Origin: a virus
Virus record (IMG/VR): IMGVR_UViG_3300033688_000038
Span: 29,341-93,340 of that record
Strand: one strand, 5' to 3'
Length of the DNA stretch: 64,000 nt
Under the pieces are notes generated by a model. That model saw nothing but the letters and a program-made list of their open reading frames with translations, was not told the DNA's origin and ran no database searches. This document shows positions 30,637 through 39,467 of the stretch, piece by piece (within the stretch, counting starts at the first letter, position 1; each line of letters begins with the position of its first letter). The translations under genes were made by a program, and so were the position numbers.

Positions 30637-31854
30637 TTAAAATGTACCAAAATCTATTGTACCACTTATCTCATTGATAGTAGGTAGCCAAGTATTAGGC
30701 CTAGCACCTACATCATCATAATCCAGAATAATATTACTAGATAGTGGATATTTATTAATAGTGGTTGTTTTATCAGTCTTTAACAACAATAAGTTGTTAG
30801 ATTCCATTTTAGAATACGCCCCAACATCAGATGGGCCTAGTGAGATATCAGAAGATAATGCCTTACCATTAACTAATCTAGTGTTTGGCACTCTAGTTCT
30901 GATTGCATTATCTACTTCTACTTTTGTATAAGCTCCAAGGTCAGATGGTAATAAAGTAATAATATTACCAGTCTTTCCATTAACAGACATAACAGAGTTA
31001 GATAATGGGCTACGCATTAGTGACCATTTAGGTACTGGGTTCACTTCCCAGAACATCACATCTTGAGATGAAGTAGTCTTACCAGCAAAAGGTCCAGTGG
31101 AGAATGTGTATGTTTCAAATTCAGTCTCAAATTGAACAAAAAACATTGTGTTAACAGTCTCATCTAAAACGGTAGGGTACTCAGCAGCAGAAGTGGGTGC
31201 CCAAGTTCCACCAGAAACAATCGCAGTGGTAGCAGCGGACATAGCCCTGTCTGCCCAATACTTAGATGAATTCTGTGGGTAACCTTCTGCCCACTGGTAT
31301 GCTAGCTCTTTACTGTCAAATGCAGAGTTCTTATATTCACTAGCTGAGATTTCTGACTCTTTAGCCTCTGCTGCATGAGCGCCAGAGGTGTCTCTATATT
31401 CTTTTGATTTATCTCTAGCTTCAATAGCTGATGCTAAAGCTGTTTCTGCATTTATTTCATGACCTAATGCTCCACTAGCAGAGGCTGCTGACTCTTCAGC
31501 AGAAACTTGTGATAATCCAGCTTGGTGTTCTGAATATTCAGCCCACTCTTTTGATTTATCAGTAAAGGCACCAGCAGCAGCAGCAGACTCTTGTGCAGAA
31601 ATTGCATGAGTCTGAGCAACATCAGCAAATGTACTAGCCCTCTCTGCATCATCATGTGCTTGATCTGCAAAACCTTCAGCAATACCAGCCCAATGTTTTG
31701 AATTCTCTAAATCTTGTAACTCAGAACCAGTAGCTGCATATTGTGACACATTCATTTGAGCAACTACTGTGCCAGGTTGCGGTATTACTTTTGAATTAAT
31801 AGTATTCTTATATCGTTGAGATACATTAGTATTTGAGTCACGTAAAACCTTCAT
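30637..31854 (-). CDS. Long tail fibre, proximal subunit, 405 aa
   Basis: Follows the adaptor; Ala/Glu/Ser coiled coil; 'VNGKALSSDISLGPSDVGAY' fibre repeats; ends 'IDFGTF'. Confidence 0.75.
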   Translation of the reverse strand: MKVLRDSNTNVSQRYKNTINSKVIPQPGTVVAQMNVSQYAATGSELQDLENSKHWAGIAEGFADQAHDDAERASTFADVAQTHAISAQESAAAAGAFTDKSKEWAEYSEHQAGLSQVSAEESAASASGALGHEINAETALASAIEARDKSKEYRDTSGAHAAEAKESEISASEYKNSAFDSKELAYQWAEGYPQNSSKYWADRAMSAATTAIVSGGTWAPTSAAEYPTVLDETVNTMFFVQFETEFETYTFSTGPFAGKTTSSQDVMFWEVNPVPKWSLMRSPLSNSVMSVNGKTGNIITLLPSDLGAYTKVEVDNAIRTRVPNTRLVNGKALSSDISLGPSDVGAYSKMESNNLLLLKTDKTTTINKYPLSSNIILDYDDVGARPNTWLPTINEISGTIDFGTF

Positions 31855-31863
31855 AGCAACTCC

Positions 31864-32538
31864 TTAGTATGTGTATTGTATTGTAAGTGGGCTACCAGAG
31901 AACTCTGCTTCTTCTACTTGCTCCATAACCTGCAATAGTCGTTGCTTACCCTTAGATTCCCAATAGTCAGCTTTTTGTTCTTCCATTAAGAATCTGAAAC
32001 CCTCAGCGACAGCAAGGAATACAAAAGCATCTGGAACTAAATCTAACAATACGTTGGATTGAGTAATCTCAGATACCTCTGGAACATCAGCATAATAAGT
32101 CATTAGGACTTCTTCATTAACATCAACACCTCTGATGTATAATCTATCTGCTGTAATTGACCACACAGGTCTTGTAATCTCCATGTAGTGTTGGAAACCA
32201 CCCCTAGGGTTCATAACAGAATCCCTATCTATTACCTGATCGAAAGGGACACGCTGTAAAGTGCAACCTTTAATCCATACATGCTTCATCTCTAAGTAAT
32301 CATAAGGCATTGATACCCAACCTTCTTCAGGTGATTCACTACTACCCTTTAATGTAAAAGAAACAATCTTCTCCATTGAGGGCATTCTGAGATTACGAAG
32401 AATGGTCTTCTCAGCGGCATTAATAAAGAAAGGAACAGCATCCACTGTGTCTTCATCAAACCTGTTTATATAAATCTTTACAACTTCAACTAGCTTATTA
32501 AAACTAGGCACAGAAGTGAATTCTGTTAACTTACTCAT
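31864..32538 (-). CDS. Head-tail adaptor protein, 224 aa
   Basis: 'FINAAEKTILRNLR...MPYDYLEM...YYADVP...LV.LAVAEGFRFL' pattern of SU10/phiEco32-type adaptors; position. Confidence 0.8.
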   Translation of the reverse strand: MSKLTEFTSVPSFNKLVEVVKIYINRFDEDTVDAVPFFINAAEKTILRNLRMPSMEKIVSFTLKGSSESPEEGWVSMPYDYLEMKHVWIKGCTLQRVPFDQVIDRDSVMNPRGGFQHYMEITRPVWSITADRLYIRGVDVNEEVLMTYYADVPEVSEITQSNVLLDLVPDAFVFLAVAEGFRFLMEEQKADYWESKGKQRLLQVMEQVEEAEFSGSPLTIQYTY

Positions 32539-32567
32539 AGGACGTCTCCTAATTATTTATAATTATA

Positions 32568-32595
32568 TGTGATTAAAATGGGAAAAGTTTGTATA
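32568..32595 (+). promoter_or_regulatory. Antisense-oriented near-consensus copy of the late promoter motif (TGTGAT-N15-TTGTATA)
   Basis: 5/6 match to the upstream box, exact downstream box and consensus spacing, on the + strand. Confidence 0.45.
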
Positions 32596-32619
32596 GCAAC
32601 TGTATAACCCATGGTTTAA

Positions 32620-32647
32620 TATACAAAGCTTAACTAATAAACTCACA
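32620..32647 (-). promoter_or_regulatory. Putative late promoter TGTGAG-N15-TTGTATA for the adaptor/tail operon
   Basis: Motif copy directly downstream of a terminator. Confidence 0.75.
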
Positions 32648-32656
32648 TATTTTAAA

Positions 32657-32692
32657 CAAAAAGAAAGGGAAGCATAAGCCTCCCTTGTTTTT
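32657..32692. terminator. Rho-independent terminator, probably bidirectional
   Basis: AAGGGAAGC-ataa-GCCTCCCTT stem (32665-32686) with T-rich tails on both strands. Confidence 0.75.
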
Positions 32693-32927
32693 AATCACAA
32701 TTTACTGTATCACATAATTTATCTAATGAATCAAGAGCAATAGTTGTATTAACTTCTCCTAAGATTGATACTGAACCTAATAAGATTAGAAACATAATAA
32801 TAACAAAGATAACTCTATTTTTATTATACTGATCTTTAGGTCTAATATATTTCATTATTGGTTTACTCACTGATTGTATTACAGGTAGGAATTTTGATAG
32901 TAGAGATAAACCACTTAACAGTGACAT
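32691..32927 (-). CDS. Small membrane protein, possible holin, 78 aa (start MSLLSGL)
   Basis: TM 'VIFVIIMFLILLGSVSILG' plus an amphipathic N-terminus; strong AAGGAGG SD before 32927; own promoter and terminator. Confidence 0.55.
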   Translation of the reverse strand: MSLLSGLSLLSKFLPVIQSVSKPIMKYIRPKDQYNKNRVIFVIIMFLILLGSVSILGEVNTTIALDSLDKLCDTVNCD

Positions 32928-33062
32928 ATAACCCTCCTTATTATATAAATATAGGAGTATCATTATAATTAGTAAATCATAATTAATAATCAATTAATAA
33001 TTAATAATCTTAATCTCTATCGTATCAGTGATACTCCCCGTCATTTTTCATTCCTATGATTA

Positions 33063-33091
33063 TATACAATAATTTTCCGAAAAAGCTCACA
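33063..33091 (-). promoter_or_regulatory. Putative late promoter TGTGAG-N16-TTGTATA
   Basis: Motif copy upstream of the 78-aa membrane gene. Confidence 0.75.
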
Positions 33092-33108
33092 CTTTTTACG
33101 TAAATAGT

Positions 33109-35277
33109 TTATAAAATAGGTAATGAGTCAATATGGTATATAGCTTTAATCTCATCAGAACCTAAAGATCTATTATAGATTCTACATGAAGATACTCGAC
33201 CTTTAAAACAACCAGTTCCAAACTTAGCACCAGCATTTCCTAATAATTGACTATTAAGCAATGGTGCTCCAGTTGTCTTTCGTGATTGGACAAGATCGCC
33301 ATTTAGGTATAACAAGCAAATACCAGCTTCTTTTGAATAGGTAATTGTTAGATGTTGCCACCCATCAATATCACCATTCCAATTCCCCTCTAAAGCTGCA
33401 GCAGCAATCAAACTACACTTACGACCATTAGGCGCTGTATAATCAGGGTATACCACTATAGAGTTTTGAGAGAAAGTACAAATACCACCAGCTGCACTAG
33501 AGCCTTCATAGTTAAATACCCATGTAACTGCATTATCTCTAGTAGATACATCTGGTTTAAACATTATAGATTTAGTGTAAGATGAATCAGAAGATGTGAT
33601 ACCATATTTAATATAAGATTCTACAGAACCACCAGCAAAAAGTGCAACCTTTGTAAAGTCAGGATCAGTAACATGCGTGACAGAACTACCAGGGGTAATA
33701 GTAACACCTCCTGAAGTCATAATATTAGTGTTTAATGCACCAGAAGAGAAATTTTGATAGAGAATCAAACCATCTTTAGTTGATGTAAAATTAACACCTG
33801 TATTCTGAGTACTAGTAACATTATCTGTTTCAACTAAACCAGCACCACCAAGAACAGGCCTTGTATGTGTAGTACCAAAGTTAGGGAAAAGAGTGGTATG
33901 TCTGAAGATTGCATTAGATATACTCTCTGCCATTGTAGATGAGAAACCTTTAGTAGAGAAGTGAATTTCACGACCACTAGTAGTCTCACCTGTACCCCAC
34001 TCCCTATTGGTCTCAGCAAACTTACCATGTTTATCAACATCAACTCGTAAGAATAATAATTTAGAAGATCCATTCTCAGTTTTATAGTGACTACTCAAAA
34101 AAGAATAGTTGTTATAAATAGAAACTCTATTCTGTAACTCTCTCTCATCCCAATTTTTCTGTAGATTAATATAATCTGTTTCTAAGTTAGCAGTAAGCAT
34201 CCACTTTGTAGGACCAACACAAAACCATCTAAAATTATCCATTCTACCTTGAGGTAGGTAAGAGTCAAGTCCATCTGCCTCAAATTTAGTTAAGAACCAA
34301 TCAAAGAAAGATTTAAACCCTGTATAGTGGGCTTTATGACTACCTTTATCATTCTCACCTTGAATCCAAACAAAAGGTAATAGTTTATTTTCTGGATTTA
34401 ATTCTAAAGCAAACTTAGTTCTGTAATAGAAATCCTTAGATAAAGGTTTATCAACTCCATGTCTTCTAGCATTCTCAGCACGAAGTTTAGCCTGATTCCA
34501 AGTACCATCACTACCACTAATAAAACCAGTACCTCCATAGGCACAAGGAACAATTAGGATACCATAATCATCTGGAATGTAAGGTAATAGCATTTTAGCA
34601 ATATACATACCAGAGCTAACAGTACCACCCCCATTTAGTTTACTATGCTTAAACATGTTTTGACCAAAATCAAGACAAGGTGTAGCTGGAATAACTTTCA
34701 GATTACAATCAGCATGAGGGCGAAGTTTATCCCACAACTCATCATAATTACTCCCAGTTTTTGCTATTGTTAGATCATCATTAACCGAACCAGTAGCATA
34801 TCTACCAAGCTGTTTAATCCTTGGATTTGGTCCATCAACACCCTTAATATTATAAGGAGATTCACCATAACCAACACAGTTTGATTGACCACCCATAGGT
34901 AGTACATAATATTTAGTAATAGGTTTAGCTACTTCACCACCCCCACCCCCACCAGGGGCTTCTTCTAGTGCTGTAACTTTACCTGCAAGTGTAACTAAAG
35001 ACTCTTCATGTAAAACAATAGCATCTGAGTTTAATACAATTGAGCCATCTTGTACAACTTGACCTTCTTCTAATGTTGTAAGTCTAGCAAGGAGGGGGTC
35101 TAGATCACCCCCACCCCCACTTCCACCACCTAATTCCAACCTTTCAATCCGATGATCATGCTCTGTTGTTCGCATTGCCACATCATTATGCTGTGTGATA
35201 AGAGGGTTTAAGATTAATTCTCTTACATCCCTCTTATACTCACCACCATGAAAAGTACTTATATTTGTATATGACAT
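33109..35277 (-). CDS. Appendage protein: shared anchor + coiled coil + NanS-like SGNH sialate O-acetylesterase (SASA/DUF303) + LamG/ConA-like lectin domain, 722 aa
   Basis: 'YYVLPMGGQSN', 'WIQGEND' and 'REIHFS' SGNH blocks; C-terminal 'WQHLTITY...LYLNG...FKGRVSSCRIYNRSL..DEI..IY' LamG pattern. Confidence 0.85.
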   Translation of the reverse strand: MSYTNISTFHGGEYKRDVRELILNPLITQHNDVAMRTTEHDHRIERLELGGGSGGGGDLDPLLARLTTLEEGQVVQDGSIVLNSDAIVLHEESLVTLAGKVTALEEAPGGGGGGEVAKPITKYYVLPMGGQSNCVGYGESPYNIKGVDGPNPRIKQLGRYATGSVNDDLTIAKTGSNYDELWDKLRPHADCNLKVIPATPCLDFGQNMFKHSKLNGGGTVSSGMYIAKMLLPYIPDDYGILIVPCAYGGTGFISGSDGTWNQAKLRAENARRHGVDKPLSKDFYYRTKFALELNPENKLLPFVWIQGENDKGSHKAHYTGFKSFFDWFLTKFEADGLDSYLPQGRMDNFRWFCVGPTKWMLTANLETDYINLQKNWDERELQNRVSIYNNYSFLSSHYKTENGSSKLLFLRVDVDKHGKFAETNREWGTGETTSGREIHFSTKGFSSTMAESISNAIFRHTTLFPNFGTTHTRPVLGGAGLVETDNVTSTQNTGVNFTSTKDGLILYQNFSSGALNTNIMTSGGVTITPGSSVTHVTDPDFTKVALFAGGSVESYIKYGITSSDSSYTKSIMFKPDVSTRDNAVTWVFNYEGSSAAGGICTFSQNSIVVYPDYTAPNGRKCSLIAAAALEGNWNGDIDGWQHLTITYSKEAGICLLYLNGDLVQSRKTTGAPLLNSQLLGNAGAKFGTGCFKGRVSSCRIYNRSLGSDEIKAIYHIDSLPIL

Positions 35278-35292
35278 TATAAATACTCCTTA

Positions 35293-36408
35293 TTATGCAG
35301 CTGGGTGATTAAGGAATGAAGTAGCACCACCACTAACAGCAACCCAGTGAATAAAGGCAGTGCCATTCTGTAGTGATAATAATTGTACAGATTCACCAGC
35401 TGCTAGAGTTAAATTGTCATTAGCAACACCATTATACCAAATCTTCTGACGCTCAACAGGTGTTATAGTCATAGCTGGTTTTAATGAGGCAATGAATAAT
35501 AATCTACCACCAGGAACTTGCTCAGCATCAATAGGTGTTTCAATAATAGTTGGAAGAGCAACAGTATTAGTATTGCCAGTTGCACCAACAATAGTACAAT
35601 ATTCAGCACAATCTGCAGCTGTATATACTGACTGAACAGGACACATGCAGAATTTGACATCTTTACCATGGATTAGTGAATCACCACCAATACTAGGCAT
35701 ACTGTAAAACTCAACACCATTACCAGCAGTATTTACACGTAAACCCTTACCAGCACTTCCTGTGTAATCCGAAGGAGTATCCGTCAGAGCAGTAAAAGTA
35801 GTACTACCACCTTCACCACCACCGCTACCAGATGGCTCAGATGTAAACTCAAGGGCGCTTCCAGATGAGTTAACCTTTAGCCACTTATTAGCAACAAGTG
35901 TACTTGGAGTATCAGTCAAGCCAGTGAAAGTACTACTACCGCCACCTGAACCACCACCACTAGATTCTAGAGCTGAGATTCTTCCACTATGGTTAGTGAC
36001 ATTCAAGTCTAAAGTAGACACTTTAGGTTCTAAGGTAGAAACTTTAGACTCTAGTGTAGACACTTTTGGTTCAATTACATTCAATCTAGAGGTAATAGGT
36101 GTAAGGTCAACATCACCACCACCACCTCCAGAGATTACAGCTTCCCATGCAAGATTACCTGAAGCACTTACTTTTAAGAACTTACCAGGATCTTTCACAG
36201 GAATGTCATTAAGGTCAAATAAGCTTGAAACTTTTGTACTTGTAAGATGATCAACCCTATCATCAACACGGTCTAATAAATCACTAGTAGACATTAAATC
36301 TACTCCCATTTTATTATGTTGTACAATAAGAGGGTTGAGGATGTTCTCACGGATATGACTCTTGTATGCGTCATCTACGAAAGTATTGATTGTTGTATAT
36401 CTATCCAT
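35293..36408 (-). CDS. Fibre-like appendage protein with the shared anchor, 371 aa
   Basis: Shared N-terminal motif; KVSTLE heptad x3; two 'FT.LTDTP...LKVN..G..EF' fibre modules plus a related third one. Confidence 0.75.
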   Translation of the reverse strand: MDRYTTINTFVDDAYKSHIRENILNPLIVQHNKMGVDLMSTSDLLDRVDDRVDHLTSTKVSSLFDLNDIPVKDPGKFLKVSASGNLAWEAVISGGGGGDVDLTPITSRLNVIEPKVSTLESKVSTLEPKVSTLDLNVTNHSGRISALESSGGGSGGGSSTFTGLTDTPSTLVANKWLKVNSSGSALEFTSEPSGSGGGEGGSTTFTALTDTPSDYTGSAGKGLRVNTAGNGVEFYSMPSIGGDSLIHGKDVKFCMCPVQSVYTAADCAEYCTIVGATGNTNTVALPTIIETPIDAEQVPGGRLLFIASLKPAMTITPVERQKIWYNGVANDNLTLAAGESVQLLSLQNGTAFIHWVAVSGGATSFLNHPAA

Positions 36409-36498
36409 TTATAATTCTCCAATATAGAAAATAACTGGCAGTTTTAGAAATCAATCAATAAGTGCTATTAACACGGATACGTTATTTTTCTGTTTTAA

Positions 36499-36957
36499 TT
36501 ATTTATTATTAATCCACTCTTCCCACTCTAGTGCGTCGCCCCAAGGGTCTTCATCTAGCCATTCTTTTAGTAATGGTTCAGGTAGAGTTTCTAAAAATTC
36601 CATCCAAGGTAAATCATCACCCCATAATTCTTCATCTTCCCATATTTTAAGAAGCCTATCAATTACACTATCATCAGGTGTATATGGCATGCAAATCCAC
36701 CAAGGATCAGATACCTCAGAAAAAGTAATACCCACCATAGATGGTGTATTTATATATTTGGCAAAGGCTTTTAGTGCCTTTTTTCTCCAAGACAAAGTGT
36801 AACCATATCTTCTAAGATTATCGTTTGCATTTGATAAGTTCAAACTAAAAGCGATAATACTTTTCATCTTGTTACACTTATGCCTAGAGCCCCAAAACTT
36901 AAACTGTAGATCAGTAGTTATAGGGAAATTGAGTGTGTTTAAATTAGCAGGTACCAT
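36499..36957 (-). CDS. Hypothetical protein with a Trp/acidic C-terminus, 152 aa
   Basis: GAGGGGG SD; own promoter motif; 'WEDEELWGDDLPW...WLDEDPWGDALEW'. Confidence 0.7.
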   Translation of the reverse strand: MVPANLNTLNFPITTDLQFKFWGSRHKCNKMKSIIAFSLNLSNANDNLRRYGYTLSWRKKALKAFAKYINTPSMVGITFSEVSDPWWICMPYTPDDSVIDRLLKIWEDEELWGDDLPWMEFLETLPEPLLKEWLDEDPWGDALEWEEWINNK

Positions 36958-36987
36958 TTTACCCCCTCATAAGTTTATATACAAATG

Positions 36988-37015
36988 TATACAAAATATT
37001 ACAAGAAAGCTCACA
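36988..37015 (-). promoter_or_regulatory. Putative late promoter TGTGAG-N15-TTGTATA
   Basis: Motif copy upstream of the 152-aa gene. Confidence 0.75.
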
Positions 37016-37027
37016 ATATGTACTAAA

Positions 37028-39466
37028 CTATTTACTATCCAATATGTTAAGAGAAGCAATCTCAGTTTTTGATAAAGACTTATTATAAATCCTCAAACTA
37101 GACACTCTACCATATAAAGGTAAAGAGTTCATTGCTGCCCCTATCTTAAGAGTTACCATTGAATCACCCTCGGTGGGGATGGTTTCAACTAGGCACCCAT
37201 TTAGGTAAACACTCACGTATTTATTACCAGTGTGCCTTGTCATACAAACATGCTGCCAATCATCATACATACCATTCCATGCACCAAGATAACTTTTATT
37301 CAGCATTACACCCATTGCTAGGTTTTTAATACTAGTACATGCAACAAAAGATCCTTTATATAAACCCAACCAAGGTGTATTATAGTCACGTTCATCCATG
37401 GGACCGAGAACTGATTGCTCTATATTACGTCTCTCTTTTTTAGGTTTAAAAACTACACTATATGTATAATCTTTTATAGGGACAACAAAATTGACAGACC
37501 CTGCATGACTTGTATTGCCATCAAAATCATAAACATTTCCATATAAAGGGTCATTAACTATAGCACATGTAGGAGGAGTTACAGTGATACCACCCAAGGT
37601 GTACTCTATCTCTTTACTTTTATCAATATGTACAAGTAATCCAACAGACGGGTCAAAGTCATCACTTGCGGATTTATTATACTGAAAGGTAACATTATCT
37701 GTAGAAACAAACCCTCGTCTACCTCTGATATTCCTATTCCATCTAGACGGAACATAACCATTAATACACTTACCATAAGCACTAAGTATGTTAACTAGGT
37801 AAGATGGCTGTCTGTACATTAATGTAGATGAAGAGAAGTGCCAATCTGTTTGACTAGAAGCCACAGAGTCTTTACCACTATCAGCTAACTCCTCGATAAC
37901 AGTTTCAAAGAAATCTCCATTACTATCAATGTCAATACGCGAACTGATAATTTGACTCTCTTTATTAGAACCTTTAATAAACTCAGGGTCAGACATTAGA
38001 TAAGCATAATTATCATAATTTGCACGTATACTTGCCCAAGGACTATCATAACTAATTAATCTATCTAGATGATCTTTACCATATAAATTTTCACCATATG
38101 CAATTTTTGTTGTTCCAAGACATATCCATCTAAAATCTTGAGGGTTTTTAGTTGGAACACGATCTCCTAATCCATCTGTTGCTAGTGAATCTCTAAAGTG
38201 TTTAACATAAGCTCTGAATCTATCGAAATGAATAGAAGGGTCTTTATCAGACTCACCTTGGAACCAAATAACAGGTAATAGTTTATTCTCTGGATTTAAT
38301 TCTAGGGCAAACTTAACTCTATCATAAAACTGATTACCAAATGGAGTATCTACACCCCATCTACGAGCATTAGCACTAGCATGCATTTTAACAGGATCAT
38401 AGGTTCCTAGTGAATTCTCATCACCAAAACCTGTACTCCCACGAGAACCATCAACTATCAAGATACCGTAACCCTTAGGGATATAATCCAATAACTTACC
38501 TGCTAGGTAATGGCCAACACCTACTAAACCACCAGGACGTTTAAAAGAACCCCTCCCTGAGAAGTGAATAAGTGACATTAAGTTATGCTGATTATCAAGA
38601 CAATATGTTGAAGGTATTAGTTTTAAATTACAATCCTCATAAGGTCGATATAAATCAAACTTATCACCAAAGATTGTAGCCACTGGTGGTACATTGTAAA
38701 CATTACTTGTCCAGTTTTCTGCTGTGGTCTTAATAGAACTTAAAAAACCTAACTGCATTAATCTAGGATCAATCTCAGGGAGATCTGGTAATAGTTCACC
38801 AAAACCTGACATGTTAGATTGTCCAGCTAGGGGTAATACATACCACTTAGTAGGGGTGGTAACACCACCACCACCATCAGGTTTATTCTGAAGGGCAGTT
38901 ACATCTTCAGATAATTTAGTAATAATTACACCTTGTGATGTATCACTCTCTTTTAATAGGGAAAGCTTACTCTCTGAGATGACTTCCTTCTCCTCTAGAG
39001 CTATAACCTTAACATCTGTTTCATCTAACCTCTTAAGGATAGGAGCTAAATCAACATCCCCTGAACCACCACCTCCTAGTTCCAATGAACCCACTCTAGC
39101 TGTAACATCCAACACATCAGCAGCTATTTTATCTACACGAATATTAGATTCATCAAACGCAACATCCAATGAAGTGTCTTTTTCAACAAGTGCTGCAAGT
39201 TGCTCCATGATAGGTGTAAGATCAACATCACCACCCCCTGATCCACCACCTAATTCAACATCTTCTAAACGCTCAGTTATATTTTGTAAATCGTAAGACA
39301 TTACAGATAACTTATTAACTTGATCAAGTAGCCCTGTAGATGTTTTTGAGATATCAATACTCATTTGATTATGTTGATCAATTAGTGGATTGAATATATT
39401 CTTACGGATATGACCTTTTGGGTCATCATCAGCAAAGGTATCAATTATATTATATCTTGCGTGCAT
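37028..39466 (-). CDS. Second appendage protein: shared anchor + coiled coil + NanS-like SGNH esterase + LamG-like domain, 812 aa (start MHARYN)
   Basis: 'WYVLPLAGQSN', 'WFQGESD', 'DWHFS'; C-terminal 'WQHVCMT...VYLNG...LYGRVSSLRIYNKSLS..EI'; AAGGA SD before 39466. Confidence 0.85.
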   Translation of the reverse strand: MHARYNIIDTFADDDPKGHIRKNIFNPLIDQHNQMSIDISKTSTGLLDQVNKLSVMSYDLQNITERLEDVELGGGSGGGDVDLTPIMEQLAALVEKDTSLDVAFDESNIRVDKIAADVLDVTARVGSLELGGGGSGDVDLAPILKRLDETDVKVIALEEKEVISESKLSLLKESDTSQGVIITKLSEDVTALQNKPDGGGGVTTPTKWYVLPLAGQSNMSGFGELLPDLPEIDPRLMQLGFLSSIKTTAENWTSNVYNVPPVATIFGDKFDLYRPYEDCNLKLIPSTYCLDNQHNLMSLIHFSGRGSFKRPGGLVGVGHYLAGKLLDYIPKGYGILIVDGSRGSTGFGDENSLGTYDPVKMHASANARRWGVDTPFGNQFYDRVKFALELNPENKLLPVIWFQGESDKDPSIHFDRFRAYVKHFRDSLATDGLGDRVPTKNPQDFRWICLGTTKIAYGENLYGKDHLDRLISYDSPWASIRANYDNYAYLMSDPEFIKGSNKESQIISSRIDIDSNGDFFETVIEELADSGKDSVASSQTDWHFSSSTLMYRQPSYLVNILSAYGKCINGYVPSRWNRNIRGRRGFVSTDNVTFQYNKSASDDFDPSVGLLVHIDKSKEIEYTLGGITVTPPTCAIVNDPLYGNVYDFDGNTSHAGSVNFVVPIKDYTYSVVFKPKKERRNIEQSVLGPMDERDYNTPWLGLYKGSFVACTSIKNLAMGVMLNKSYLGAWNGMYDDWQHVCMTRHTGNKYVSVYLNGCLVETIPTEGDSMVTLKIGAAMNSLPLYGRVSSLRIYNKSLSKTEIASLNILDSK

Positions 39467-39467
39467 A

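Noticed and set aside
36420-36495. 'GTTTTAG'-containing intergenic stretch resembling a Cas9 repeat or tracrRNA
   Set aside because: Single occurrence, no repeat-spacer periodicity and no cas genes; no CRISPR array was seen anywhere in the window.
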